Positions 38,101 to 51,358 of a stretch of 64,000 bases of DNA are shown here, piece after piece. The notes under the pieces are model-generated. The model had not been told where the DNA came from, did no database searches, and worked only from the letters and a program-made list of their open reading frames with translations. Position 1 is the first letter of the stretch; every line of letters starts with the position of its first letter. The stretch spans positions 25,792,001-25,856,000 of the forward strand of contig JBHGNT010000003.1 of assembly GCA_043228905.1 (NCBI GenBank), in the 5' to 3' direction. This stretch comes from Azolla caroliniana. Lineage: Eukaryota; Plantae; Polypodiophyta. A program made the translations under genes and the position numbers.

Positions 38101-41100
38101 GATTTAATCCCCCCCCCCCCCCACCCCAAACAAAAAAAAAAGGATCCAAAACCCTAACCCTAATAGCACCAAGTCAAAAACACATGATAGAAACAGGGAG
38201 GCTTGAGGAGCCCTACCCGCATCCTTTCTACCCGAAAAACAGGTCAGCTTCTACCCCAAGTCGAAAATATTATAGCAAAAGAGAAACTTGCCTCTCCGGG
38301 CACGTGCATGCGGCCCAATTCGGCACGTTATAAATACAAGAGATGGGAAAAATATTACACGTACGAGAAACTATTGGGATGCAGCCCTGGTGTAAGTTTA
38401 TTATCACAAAGAGCCTTATTACTCTCGAAAATTATCAATCCAACCCCTTTTCAAATATGTTATGTAATATATTATAGTGAAGATAAAACAACTACCCTTG
38501 TGATCTTTTACCCTCTTCGAGATCATACATGCTTCACCCCCACTCCCTCTCTCCATTAGGAGGCTTTGGAATTTTGAGAGAACCCACGTTCAATCCTTTC
38601 CATGGGCGTTGCCAAATTAACGTTCCTTCTTCAGTTGTGGAAGTCCTTTGATGGGGGCGGGGGGGTGAAAGAGGCAGGGGATATAAGAATAAATTAGTGT
38701 GAAGCCTAGGCTAGATGGGGGTGTAAGGCTCACTATCATGGATTGGGCGACGACTCCAAGCAACAATCGGTGTTCCCTTCGTTCCTCTTCATTGTCGTCC
38801 CTAATCAATTCTAAGGAACTCCCACTTTAACAATGGCATAAATCAACCATAGTTAGGGTCAATTTATTATCAAGGTGTGATTACGGGAGGGGATTCACAT
38901 TCATTGCCTTTCGTGAGTATTGAACTTTAACCTTGTTGTCCAAGTGATTCACTGTCCCATAGCATTACTTTTCCTTACACTCCTTTTTATGATGAGATGT
39001 CAAGCTCAACCACACTTTCACATGAATGCACTTCTTGGGAGAATTTCTACCCTCACAATAACCGGATAGGGGATACCTTATATTGAATGAAATGGATGCT
39101 TTTTATATACATATGCCACTAACTTTGCCATGATCCATCAATATAAAATGCGATTAGGTATTTACACATAGAATGCTCTATAAAAAGCAAGCTCATTGGC
39201 TTCTATCTAGTGTTGATTTATACTTGGTATACACTTGATTATAAGTCTAGCGATACAATTGACTAGTTGTTTATCAATGTATAATCATCTCATTTTGTTA
39301 ATACATTTTCTTCTCTCATCTCTCACACATATATATAATTAGATTTTCTTTGTTTTGTACGTACTTGATCCTCCATAGAACTTGTCACAAATTTGTGGGT
39401 TGGAAAACACTTATGTATATGAAATTTGGAGACTAGACAAATCAATAGGAAATGTTTGCTACAACTACTTGTCCAAGTACGTTTGATCGAAAACTCTAAA
39501 TTACTAAGCACACATATACATATAATCTAACCTATCTCCAGCATGTATATCTTGATCCTCGATAGGATTACATCTTAATTCATCACATTCTTCCTTCATT
39601 GGCTACATTATATAAATTTCTAAAATTCCTTTATAATAAGAAATTGTAGTAGTAAAGCTCATTATTTGTAATATCAAGGACAGTGGAAACTCTTTCTCTT
39701 TCCCATTCTAATTTCTATCCAAGACAAAAAACTTTATCCTTGAAAAGTGGCTTTATGACATTGAAATTGGCACAAATTTTACAGCACAAAAAGTGTGAAA
39801 TTGTCTCTAGCAAGCTTGTATATAAGAGTGATCAATATGCTTAGGCACTCCTTGTTATGATTGTGCGGTCAATGATTGCTTAACATTATCATGAATTTGC
39901 CAATAATATGACCAATCCGCCAAAGCCTTATAATAGAATTGTGAGGATTTATGTGGCAAGGTAAACCTCTTGAGTTGTAAAGATATAGATTCTCATTCTT
40001 AAACCTCACAAAAATTACAAGAAGCTTTCTACTTTATAGAATTTATGGTAGTTGGGTCGATAAGTTAGCAAAAAAATATAACCAACAAAAAGTTTGAAAA
40101 TGTTTTATAAGATATGGATTTCAAAAGTTTCGCTTGATCAATCTACTGAAGCAAAAAACATTACTACCAAGATAGATCTATTACAGTCTTCATGGGTTAA
40201 GGTCCTCACTCCTATGTTTAATTCCATTTTTCTTCTCCATCACAATTATTGAAGTGAAAAATGTTGTATCAATATATTAATGCAAAATCCTTATGAAGGA
40301 AATTCCAATGTGCAGAAAATAGTGTATAGAGATAATAATGCAAGAGTAATAGCAATGAAAAAAGTTTCAAACAAAACATTTAGATTTTGATAACCCAATG
40401 ATAAGAGGAACGTTTTGGCACCCAAGTTCCGTCCACAAAAATCAGGATTTTCAATTGATCAACAGTCCAATGTAGTTGTGGAAAACTCTTTAACCAATCC
40501 TTCACAGACACGAGAAAGAGAACATGTTTAGGATTCACCCTATGATGGAAAACAACAGCATAAGCGGAAAAGGCAACCTCTTGTCTTACACAATTACAAC
40601 GAAAATATGTACTCAACTGCAATTGAAAATTGACAAAGAACCAAAACCATTCCACGAACAGGCAATATAAACAATTGAATGTTCCTAAGCAGCTTCCGCT
40701 CTACAGAATTTAGTTGTTTTAAAAATTCTTGCTCTAACCGCTCTAACCCTAATCCTGTTTCAGGAAATTTCCAGTTTGATTTTTGTTAATGATATGTCAG
40801 ATCACCCAGAGAAGGATTGGTGACCTCAAACATATGTATCACCTCAGAGCAATGTGATCATAGTTTTTCCAATATCTGAAATACAGAGACATGTTTTTTC
40901 ATAATGTTCTTAACAAAATATAACTAGAATAGATATTACGGATTCATACTTCCAGTTATGAGCAAGACATCATTCTAATAAATTAATTTTGTATTTCTCA
41001 CTAGAATAGATATTAAGGATTCATACTTCTAGCTATGAGCAAGAAATCTTTCTAATACATTAAGATCTGGATTTTCATGGGTATCAAGAATTTGAAGATC

Positions 41101-44100
41101 AGTGAACACAAATCAATTTCACCTCTTTTCAGGTTAAAAAGTGGAATCCTTCTACTTTAATCAATCCTTCTCTAAAATTTATATCTAGAGTATGTGAGAC
41201 CAGAATTTACAGGCATCGAGCATTTTTTCTTTCACGGTGCTATTAAATCTTAAGGGCATTTCTGTTAGATTCAATCCAACTTTTTTCATAAACTCAAAAA
41301 TGGCATTTTCAATAAATGATATGAAAATTTTCATCCAATTCAAGCACATCAATATGAAGCCTTTTGGATGACCAAAGCGTAAACAAAAGTGGTACTTATG
41401 AAAACATAAACACCGTTAGTGGCTTTGTAAACAATTCATACAACTTACCAAATATAAGCACAGATTTTGGGAAATATAACTTTGTTTTGAAACAATGATG
41501 GTCAGTTTGGCATGACCAATATTAAAATTCCTTTTCATATCTTTCGGATTCTCAGATCTATATAATCTCTTCAAAATGGGTTCTTTGCAAAAAGTGATAC
41601 AACTCTTTAATCCAATTCAAGCAAACAAATATAAATCCTCTCAAGGAACAATATAAAACTACGAAGATCAGTGGTAAATCTGTTGAATCGATACATAAAA
41701 GAAAACAATTAACAGATCACAAACCTCAAATTGGGATGTGCAACAAATCCTTTAGAGGAAAAACGTATATAGCAGCTCTAAATCCGATGGATACAGTCTG
41801 CAAAAGAAAAGATCAATGGGAAACCATATATCACAAACTCAAGTTCGGATGAGCAACAAACGATATAATTAAGACTCAAGAGGGATAATATAAAGCAGCG
41901 AAACAATGTTAAATATGAAAACAAATAGATTCGCCCTAAATCTTCCAAAAATTGATTTGCGAATATAAATATAGAAGGGAGTGGAAATGAATTCAGGTGT
42001 CTGCTTCTGAGAAAAAAAATAAGTCAATTCAGTTAAAATTTGAAAAAAAGAAGTTTTTTATAATAGAAAATATGATGTGAGCACATCAATATAAAGCATT
42101 ATTAACATCATAATTTCTACTATAAATAAATATTATGTTTTATAATAAAAGACATGATGTTAGCAATAATAGACTTCATGGATTCACAAAAAAGGAAAAG
42201 AAAAATACATGGAGAAATTTTTAAATTCAGATGTGCAATTAATCTTCAGACCAAAACATATGAAGCATCAAGTAAATCTATTCGATGGAATTACAAAAGA
42301 AAAAATCACATACCACAAATTCAGATTGAGAAAAAATCCAAAAAGCTCTTCCTTAAATAAATAAAAACAATTTGATTATTCAATTCGCTTTTCCAGATTT
42401 CTTCTGGTCAGGAGAGACATCAGCATCACTATCACCAGGTCGTTGTTGAATGCTTCGAGAAAGAAGCTTAGCCCACAAAGTAGAGACCCAAAATATACTA
42501 CCAGCAATGGCAAAAACAACAGTAAACATCCAATAGGAGACGAGCCATCTCGGGATGACATGGTCAGCACCGCCAAATAGGTAAAATGCACATAGCTTCC
42601 ATGTAAGCAAAGGACCTAACACCCCTCTCGCAACAGTATACACAGGTATGAACAAAATGTCCAAGAATCGATGAAAATTGAGATAACGATATATCAAAGA
42701 AATCGCCCATATATTTTGTATTAAGCTGGTCGATTCAGCAAGACCCAGTAAAAGCATAACCGAAATGGCCCCGTGATGTGTGTAAAACCTACATGAGAGC
42801 ATATACGTGGTGGTCGCAATGTGATGAAGGATGAATAGGACCTGATCTGGGACATAGATTGCATAGTGAAGAAGATCGACTATGAAGTAAGCACTACTAA
42901 ACTCCATTAAAGCATTTTGGAATGAAGTGTTCTGTGAGTCTAGATTGTTCAAAGGGTCTTTGACATGCATTACATTGTATATAGTGAGGATTGTTGAGGT
43001 TGTTCCATGTATTATAGACATACAACAGCTTGCTGCTTCGTGTCTTTCTATCTTAGTCTGATGTTTCTTGGACTTGAAGATGGTGTTTAGGGTCAGTATG
43101 TAGATGGCTATGAAGAGAATGATGCTCCACGGAAGAACCCAACTGTTGTTTTCTATTCCTCCGCCGTCGATCTCCATATCTCTGTCTGTACCTCTCTTTG
43201 TCTCTTTCCCACACTACACCCTAGCCAGTGGCATAGACAACTCAAAGGAATTTTCTGCTTGTTCGATGAGACGCAGAAACCCTATTTCTGTTTCTGTGCC
43301 TGAAGGAGGAGGAAGACCACTTAAGTTTGTCGCGAAGCAAGAAGGGAGTCAAAACAAGCAGGGGATTTTGACATGAATTTTGTTTATGTGTTGCTACTTT
43401 ACAAGAATTACAATAGTAGCCTTCCCATACTTTTCTTTTCTTTTTCCAAAAAAATAATACACTACTTCGCATTAGTTAGCAAATAGAATACAATCGAGTT
43501 CAACCCAAAGCCACATTGGGATCAAAATATACAACCTGGAGGAACAACTCTAGAACTAGTAAAAAAAAAAACAGCAAAAAACTCATGCGGCCTCTAATCT
43601 CCAACAAAACTGAAATAAGCCCCATTTTACCCCGTCTCTACTTATCCCAACGAACTCTTTTATAACAAATATATCTGGGTAACACGACTATGTTAATCCT
43701 ACATACATATTTAAATCCCATGTACAATATTGGGAGTCGTTGGCGGAAACAACCACCTAGGCGCCTGGTAGTTCCACTTAGGCCTCATCAAAGATTTGAC
43801 CATCATGAGAGAACCACCCCATTTCAACGAGAACTTTGATCTTGCCCTTTCTGCTTCATCTGATTCCCCTTGAATCGAGTCATACCGCTCGTGCATGCAG
43901 CCATGCCACTAGCTTAAACCATATATTTAACATCACCTCACCACATGAGAGGTTTTGCCGCTGAAAAACAAACTTACAATGCTTGGTCCAAATGTGCTAG
44001 ACCGATAAACACGCCACCATAAGCCAAATCTCCTCAAAAAATTCAAAATTTGTGTAAGGCCCCATCACATTGGAACACACTACCATCCTACACTATAAAT

Positions 44101-45479
44101 CCATGTCCCTATAGGTTTTTAACGGTTCCGCCCCCTTTTAGGGCCAATCCCTATATAGAACCCCACATGACGCTCCCATTCACAACACAAGCTGCTACAA
44201 TTCTGAGGCTTCTACTCCAGATGTTAATTGCCTCTATAAAATTCTAGAAACAATGAGAGATTGATTCCAAAGCATGTCCACATAACTTACAACTAGCCTC
44301 ACCACCACGAGAACTCAATCACTCCCTTACAGGTATTGCCTTATGACTAAGAAGCCACAACGAAGCCTTTATTTTTTCTAACGTATCCAATGCCCATAAT
44401 CTCATCCAAAACATCTTCAAGTTGTCATCTGATATACCTTTATCCTTCCAACCATTGTGAATCTTTACAAGACCCACCGAGTTGGAGCCAATGATTCATT
44501 TGCCTAGCTTAGTATTATACTCAAAAGACTTTTTCAAATTGTTTGTTCCCAATGTCTACCACCATACCTCCAATGGTTCCCACTCCAAATCATATAATGG
44601 CTTCTTGTTGAAAAGCCATATTTTACAGTCATGATCAAGTGTCCTAGGGTTCAAGTTCAATTGCAACCTCTTACCCTCCAACATTGCCACCCACATAGCC
44701 AACCACCTGCCATCATCCGTCAATGCACTTAGATTACCCCACAAACGCTCCTCGTTAGTTGGGCACCTCCCACGGATAAGTTTTGCATCACCCTCACCTA
44801 CAAACCAACCTGACCCAATAGCCTCTTCTGCGTTCAACTTACCTAATCCATCAACAACCTTATCTATCAACTGAGTCACCTTCGCTAGTCTTCCAGTAAA
44901 CCCACTACTAACAACATGACCCTCCCCCTATTCATGTTGACAACCTCCCAATCTCCTACCAACCTAATCTTGTACCCTATCATCCTTCCCCAAGCAAGTA
45001 TTTTTTCTGTCCAAGCATCATACCGTCTTCGCTTTTGATCCGAGGGTTCCAAAACAATGCTTCTTGTAACCATTCATCCAACGTTTCCGGTTGCATCCTT
45101 CTCTTAAACTTGACCATGCCTTCATTATGGTGCAAACCATCCTATCCTTCATGCTAGCCGGTTATTTCAACTTTAGACCTAGACTGAACAACCACCGTGT
45201 ATTTGACTACCAAGGACCACCATTCCTTCGGCACCAAAGGTTAACTATGTTCCTAAGGAGCACATTCCACAGTTTTAGTTTGGGTTGCAGACTTCACACT
45301 AGAAGCTTACCAAGTAGAACGTTACTTTGGTGAACCGGATCCACTAGCCCAAGTCCTCCCTGGTTCTTCGCCTTGATTAAACAACCACATGCCACTTTAG
45401 CTATCGTTATTCCATTGTCTCTATCCGACCAAAGGAACCCTCTCACCATTGGCTTAATATTTTTGATGTAAGCTTTGTC
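35137..45479. repeat. 10,343-bp duplicate of 24694-35036 (offset 10443), likely unmerged contig overlap
   Basis: All ORFs recur identically at +10443; both copy boundaries coincide with the gap. Confidence 0.95.
42380..43177 (-). CDS. TLC-domain protein, identical copy within duplicated block (probably the same gene)
   Basis: Translation identical to 31937-32734. Confidence 0.7.
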   Translation of the reverse strand: MEIDGGGIENNSWVLPWSIILFIAIYILTLNTIFKSKKHQTKIERHEAASCCMSIIHGTTSTILTIYNVMHVKDPLNNLDSQNTSFQNALMEFSSAYFIVDLLHYAIYVPDQVLFILHHIATTTYMLSCRFYTHHGAISVMLLLGLAESTSLIQNIWAISLIYRYLNFHRFLDILFIPVYTVARGVLGPLLTWKLCAFYLFGGADHVIPRWLVSYWMFTVVFAIAGSIFWVSTLWAKLLSRSIQQRPGDSDADVSPDQKKSGKAN

Positions 45480-45905
45480 TAACATCCAACATGCCACTGA
45501 GTACCACATGGTAGCTAGCAAAATATGGTTCACCACGACCACCCTACCTACAAGAGAAAGCTTTACTAATGCACATCGCTAAAGCTTTTTTCTAATTTTT
45601 TCTTTCACTTACTCGAGCTGTTGATTTTTAGGTGTCTCAACTCCCACCAAAGCCCAAATACTTAACGGCCATTTCATTGGGAACCCATTGAAAATCAACA
45701 TTAGGACACCATTTGTGGTCAACGTGGGTTTGGACTTACCCAAAATCCTCTGCTTTTGGTTCCAATTAATTTTCCCCCCTAACGCTTTGCAAAACAGCTC
45801 AATCCGTCCTTTCGCCTTCTATAAATTAGCGACATTGCCTTGCAGGTAAAGCATAGTGTCATCTGCATACTCAGAGTTCAACAAATCCTTGGTCGCATGT
45901 GGAAC
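43430..45905 (-). mobile_element. L1-clade LINE, 5'-truncated just upstream of RT YADD (full extent of the 32987 element)
   Basis: DLLNSEYADDTMLYLQG (~45840-45890), LSLVGRVVVVNHILLATMWY, GGLGLVDP, WNYQAPRWLFPP, tail motif. Confidence 0.9.
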
Positions 45906-45919
45906 AACTTTTCAGTTTT

Positions 45920-46230
45920 ATCCTTCTAAAGAATTTCAAGGCAAAAAACTACAGTAACCTCACTTTTTTTTGTTTAAGAAGATTTTAAATGATTTCCTTA
46001 CATGATGACTTCTTGTTTAAGTTGAGGATGCCCTCTAAAGGAAAAAACTTCTTCATGGAATTTCAAGAATTACAATACTATGCATCACATACTTTCTCCT
46101 TCTAAAGAATTTCAAGGCAAAAAAACACCTCATTTTTTTGTTTAAGAAGATTTTAAATAATTTTCTTACACGACGACTTTTTGTTTAAGGTGAGGGTGTA
46201 CCCTCTCAAGGAAAACACTTATTCGTGGAC
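45920..46230. repeat. ~176-bp tandem duplication
   Basis: ccttctaaagaatttcaaggcaaaaaa...tttaagaagattttaaat at ~45922 and ~46098. Confidence 0.8.
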
Positions 46231-47294
46231 GACACATGGTTCGTGGATGGCACAAGCTACAATCACTCTATAGATGGCGAAGATTGGTGATGGTGTATAT
46301 ATACCCAATGGAAATGCAAAAATGATAAAATGTTAGATGATGGACTATACTTGGCATATGCCATTGACCTAAGAGAGCAGAAAAATAACAAGTAAAACTA
46401 ATCATGAGTGAGCCAGGACACAAGCATGGTAAGTGTCATTTAATTGAATGATTTGCAAAATAGAATGTGTAAACATAATAAAGAGTGTATGGTGAACACT
46501 CTGCATATGGCTTTCAGTTAAAGTGAGCTCAAAGTAGAACACATAAAATCGATAAGTAGTGGATGACAAACTATATTATTGAGCATATGTCAATTAACTA
46601 AGCAAGCAAAATGAAACATGTAAAATGGTAAATAGTGTTAGAGTTTATACTTGGTATATGCCATTGAACTAATAAGAAGAATGTGTACATAAATAAAGGG
46701 TGATGATGATGGACTAGTCCTGGATATACACCTTTTAGCTGAACGCGTAAAAAGTTAAGGGGCGATGATGGAATATACTTGGTATATGGACCAAGTATCC
46801 ATTTTCAAAATGTAGGTTCATTCATTTAGCTCTTCCTTATGAGAAGGTGGTCACAAATTTAAACCCCACTGTACAACTACAAATATTATGTTGGAACCCA
46901 TGTTACATGTGAACGAATGAGAATTGTAGTGTCTTTACATATTCCCAAAAGTATTATATTTTATGACATACCTCAAAACATACACATAATTTGAAAACAT
47001 CAATTCTTAAACAATAGGCATGCCAAATATGACCAATTAGTGTGTCACGCAATATGTTTTATTGTCAATATATAATTATCATAATTGTTTAATTATATTC
47101 ATGCTTACCGTTGTCGATAGAATGTATCAGTAAGACACATATGACATTCCTTGTTGTCTATAGAATGTATTAAATTATTAATATATCGATAAGTTTTCAT
47201 GCATATGGTTCTTAAAAAGAACTTACCTTCACGAGAATGGTGTTTCCAACCTTGACAAATAGGCATTGATATGTGATTTTCATATCAACAAGTT

Positions 47295-47509
47295 TTTTTT
47301 TAAAACCAAAAAAACACTACTTCACATTAGTTAGCAAACAATGTACATTAAAGTTCAACCATATTCACCAAAACTCACGCTTCTCCCCACAAAACTAATC
47401 ATAATCCCCACCCCCTCATTCACAACAAAAGCATCTCACCGACTCTTTTTACATGTTAACTTACTTGTACTGCAACTATACATATTTACATCTCCTGCCC
47501 AATAATGGA
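47295..47509 (-). mobile_element. ~215-bp LINE 3'UTR-only (or SINE-like) insertion with 16-bp TSD
   Basis: TTCATATCAACAAGTT at 47279-47294 and 47510-47525; minus-strand tail GCTAACTAATGTGAAGTAGTGTTTTTTTGG..poly(A). Confidence 0.85.
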
Positions 47510-48449
47510 TTCATATCAACAAGTTAGCTAGCATGATTGCAAGTTTAAACATTCCTTTCGATAAACAATTAAAAGGTGATTAATTTATACCATCATTCAA
47601 TATGAACCATGTTAACTATAAAAAACAACGTATTTTGCTCAAACCTACACCATTATTTTGTGTAATTGGGTCTTCTTTACAAAATTACAAGGCAACAAAA
47701 GGTATGGTAAGGCCCAACTCAAGCTAAGAATTGTATGATTTCCTTTAGAGAATATAAATACACTTGTTCATAATTTGATCTTGTGGCACAGGTTCTAGAC
47801 ATGATGTTAAGACATTTGTAAATCAAAAGCTAGTGTAAGCACATACAAAAATAATTTGTGACCTTTGGTTGAAGAGGAACCATATAGGATGGGAAAAAGA
47901 TGCTCATACGATGACAATAATGATTTATGCATCTTGAGCTAATAAAGATATCATAATGGCCTGCAAGTTACACTCACTACAGGTCAAAATATGTGTGTGA
48001 TTATTGATGTACACAGATAAAAAAGAAAAAGAAAAAAATGTGTGTGTGATAATACCCATGTATACATATGTAGATAGATTTTATTATCGTCATAAGAGGT
48101 TAAAAATACTTAAAACTTGCATTCACGGGGGCCTATAAACGTGTATTTCTAAACTTACTTCTTTGTTAAAATCCAATCTTAGACGAAGTCATCTACCTAT
48201 AATATTTACATTAGTTTACCCAAGGTTGGGGAAATGGCATAAAGTGATACAAAACTTTTAAAAAAAAAGATGGATTTAGATATGGCAACAATCATTGACT
48301 CATGACAAGCAACATTGTTTAGAGTATGGTTGAAAATGAGATTGTATATGGGTTACAAATAATGGTGTGAATAAATTGAGATATTGGAGATGGATCATGG
48401 CCTTGACCACCAAACGTTAGATCCAAACCAAACCACTACTGGCTACTCA

Positions 48450-51358
48450 CACCCATGCCAGAGAAGGTGTCGCACAAGATTAGACAATGGAGGCCCATCA
48501 CCATTTTTAACCTCATTTATAAAACAATTGCTAACATATTAGTGCAGTGAGTCAAGCGCTTTCTAGGAGATATCATCCAGACCAATCAAACTGGTTTCAT
48601 GGAGCATCAATCTATTATGGACAATGTGATATTGTTTTGGGAGGTTGTTGCGACAAAAAGGAGACCAAGCAAAACTTAGCTTGTCTGATGCTTGACTTGG
48701 AGAAATCCTATGATTGAGTGCAATGGTATTTCCTTGAAGAAGTAATGAAGGTGATTGAGCTACCATGGGAATGGAGGCGTGCTGCTGAAGCCCTATATAA
48801 GAATGGCTCAAGTAAGGTGTTGATTGCAAGGAGGAAAGGAGCTACAATCTCTCTAACTAGATCCATTAGGCAAGGTTTTCCTCTCGCCCCCTTTCTATTT
48901 CTCTTTATTACTGAAGCAATGTCTGCCTTTTTGAATAGCCAAACCGCAAATTTACATGGTCTTTCAATCCCTAACACAAGGAAGTCCTTGCTCGACTCGG
49001 AGTTCGCAGATGATACGATGTTATACCTCCAAGGTAATGATGCGAATCTGGGGAGGGCACAAATTGCTATTGATCTTTTTTGCAAAGCATTGGGAGCCGC
49101 CATCAATTGGAATAAGTCCAAGGGTTTTTGGATTAGCTCGGAGGCCGAGCCGATATGGAAACCAAATGCTGATTTCAGATGGATTGCAAAAGGGGAAGGC
49201 ATTAGATATCTGGGAATGTGGATTGGTGTAGATATTGACAAAAGAATTCAGTTGCAACAAACTCAAAGTAAAATTTGCAACAAAATCCGTATCTGATCAG
49301 GGATGAATTTATCATTAGTTGGCAGGATCATAGTAGTTAACCATGTGCTCTTGTCTATTATGTGGCACGCGGTCTCAGTGTGGATGTTTGACAAGCATGT
49401 TATTCGTATTGTTAAAGCGTGTATTAGGGGCTTTCTATGGGCTGGGAATAGGAAAGACAACGCGACAGCTAAAGTATCATGGTCTACGTTGATTCTTCCC
49501 AAAAGTAAGGGGGGTCTAGACCCTGGAGTACAAAGTCAATCATTGCTATGTAAGGTATTGGTAAGGAGCTTGTTGTTCGGAAATGAGTTATGGAAAACAT
49601 TGATTTTTAATAGGAGCATCCTTTGGAGTCCACGACTTGGTGAACAGTGGAAGCCACATAAATCATGGCTATTTTGTATGGACTTAAAGCTTAGGAAATC
49701 TAATCGATTGGCTGATCGCACACGTATGTTAGTGATGACGGCGTGGGATATGCTCCGTGGGCATCTTAGGCGTATAGGTCCAAGTACTAATGCTAAATGG
49801 ATGCACCAACCCCTATTGTGGAACGAGACCTTAAAGTCGACCGAGGGGAAGATGCTTGGCCAGCACAAGGGTATGCCATGGGCTATATTGCATGGTATTG
49901 GCATTCAGTCAATGGCAAATTGGATGCAGTTGTCCCCTAGTAATCGGGATAAATTATATGAAGATGCGAGAAAGTTCAGAAATGGTAGGAAGATGCTTGA
50001 TCTAGTCGATACAGTTGTTTACTCTATTCCTATTAGTAATGGGGACGAGGGTGAATGGTTTGGACAATGTGATGATGCCGGAAAAGTTATCAATGCCAAG
50101 GGTATAGGAAAGAATGGGAAGATCATCCAGTTGGGATCTGTAGTTGCAAGTGCTCGTTGGTCCCCGATTAAAATTGTGGCACGAGACGGTAAGAAATGGA
50201 AGGTGAATCCATCAGTCGCTGAGGTTGAGGAGGATTGTATCTGGTATGTAGTTGAAGGCAAGCCACTTGAGTGTTTAGAATGGGATCCTGCAGAATATGT
50301 GTGGAGGGACGAACAAGGTAAATAACATGGTTTCTTTGACTTCTCAACTCGCTTGGGTAGGCATTTATGCTTGCATCGTGAGAAGTGTGCCAACAAATGG
50401 ACCCATGTAGCTGTTGATTCGATAAAATTAAGAGCATGATATGGAACTCTTCCCTCCCCGAGAGGGTCAAGGTGTTTTTTTGGCTAATCACCCATCGGGC
50501 TGTTCCAACCGGAGAGTGGCTGGGGAAAAGGGGTGGCATGAGTAATTGCAAGGCCTGTGGAGCGAGTTTGGAGGACATCACACATTGTTTATGGAGCTGC
50601 CCGCGAGCCCAAGAAGTTTGGAAGAGGAGCTTAAGAATTCTAGCTCGATGCGGGGTTGAAATTCAAGTATCAAGTGCAGTCGTTGTTTGGTTAGTTACTG
50701 ACTCGGATGCATGGTTTCATGGGTGGAATGGAAATAGCCCTTCTTTAAAGGTGGCAAATGGTACAGTTCAGCTTGCAACTCAAGGAGATTCATTCTTCAT
50801 ACAGGACCGATACGTAGATGTTTGGATTTTAGTGGTTGGCCTTATTGTTTGGCAAGTATGGGTATCAAGGTGTAAGGAGTCTTTTACCGGGAAGCGAACC
50901 CCATCGATTGAGAGTTTAATGATGATTTGGTTTAATTTGATTTCTACGCTACGAGGTAAGTTTGATAGCCTTCAAGGGCCCTCTGATGCGAGTGAAGAAG
51001 CTATGTACCGCTTCCTTCTAAAATGGAGAGGTTCCCCGATGTTACAGATGGTGGATGGCAATGCAAAGTGGATATATCAGCCTCCCCGATGGTTGTTCCC
51101 TCCTAGGGTACCAAACATAGAGGTAGGTGCTGAATTGTGAAGTGATTGGCGGGTGTCTTTGCTGAATGTGGGTGTGTGAGGCTCATGTTGATGGGCGTCT
51201 GTCGAGTAATTATGTGATGAGGCTTAGTTGCTTCATTTATACATGATGTTTTGTTGTAGCCATTGCAAAGTGGCTTGTAACATATGAGTTGTATATTATT
51301 CCATGTACTTTTTCTTAACTAATGGAAGTAGAGTTTTTTTGGAATAAATAAATAAATA
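48450..51358 (+). mobile_element. L1-clade LINE ORF2 (RT plus zf-RVT), 5'-truncated, few lesions
   Basis: WRPITIFN, IRQGFPLAPFLF, EFADDTMLY, LEWDP, CKACGASLEDITHCLWSC, WIYQPPRWLFPP; tail TAACTAATGGAAGTAGAGTTTTTTTGG(AATA)n. Confidence 0.95.

Noticed and set aside
42380-43177. Recent tandem duplication of TLC and RING genes
   Set aside because: Apparently perfect identity and breakpoints at a 100-N gap point to an assembly overlap.
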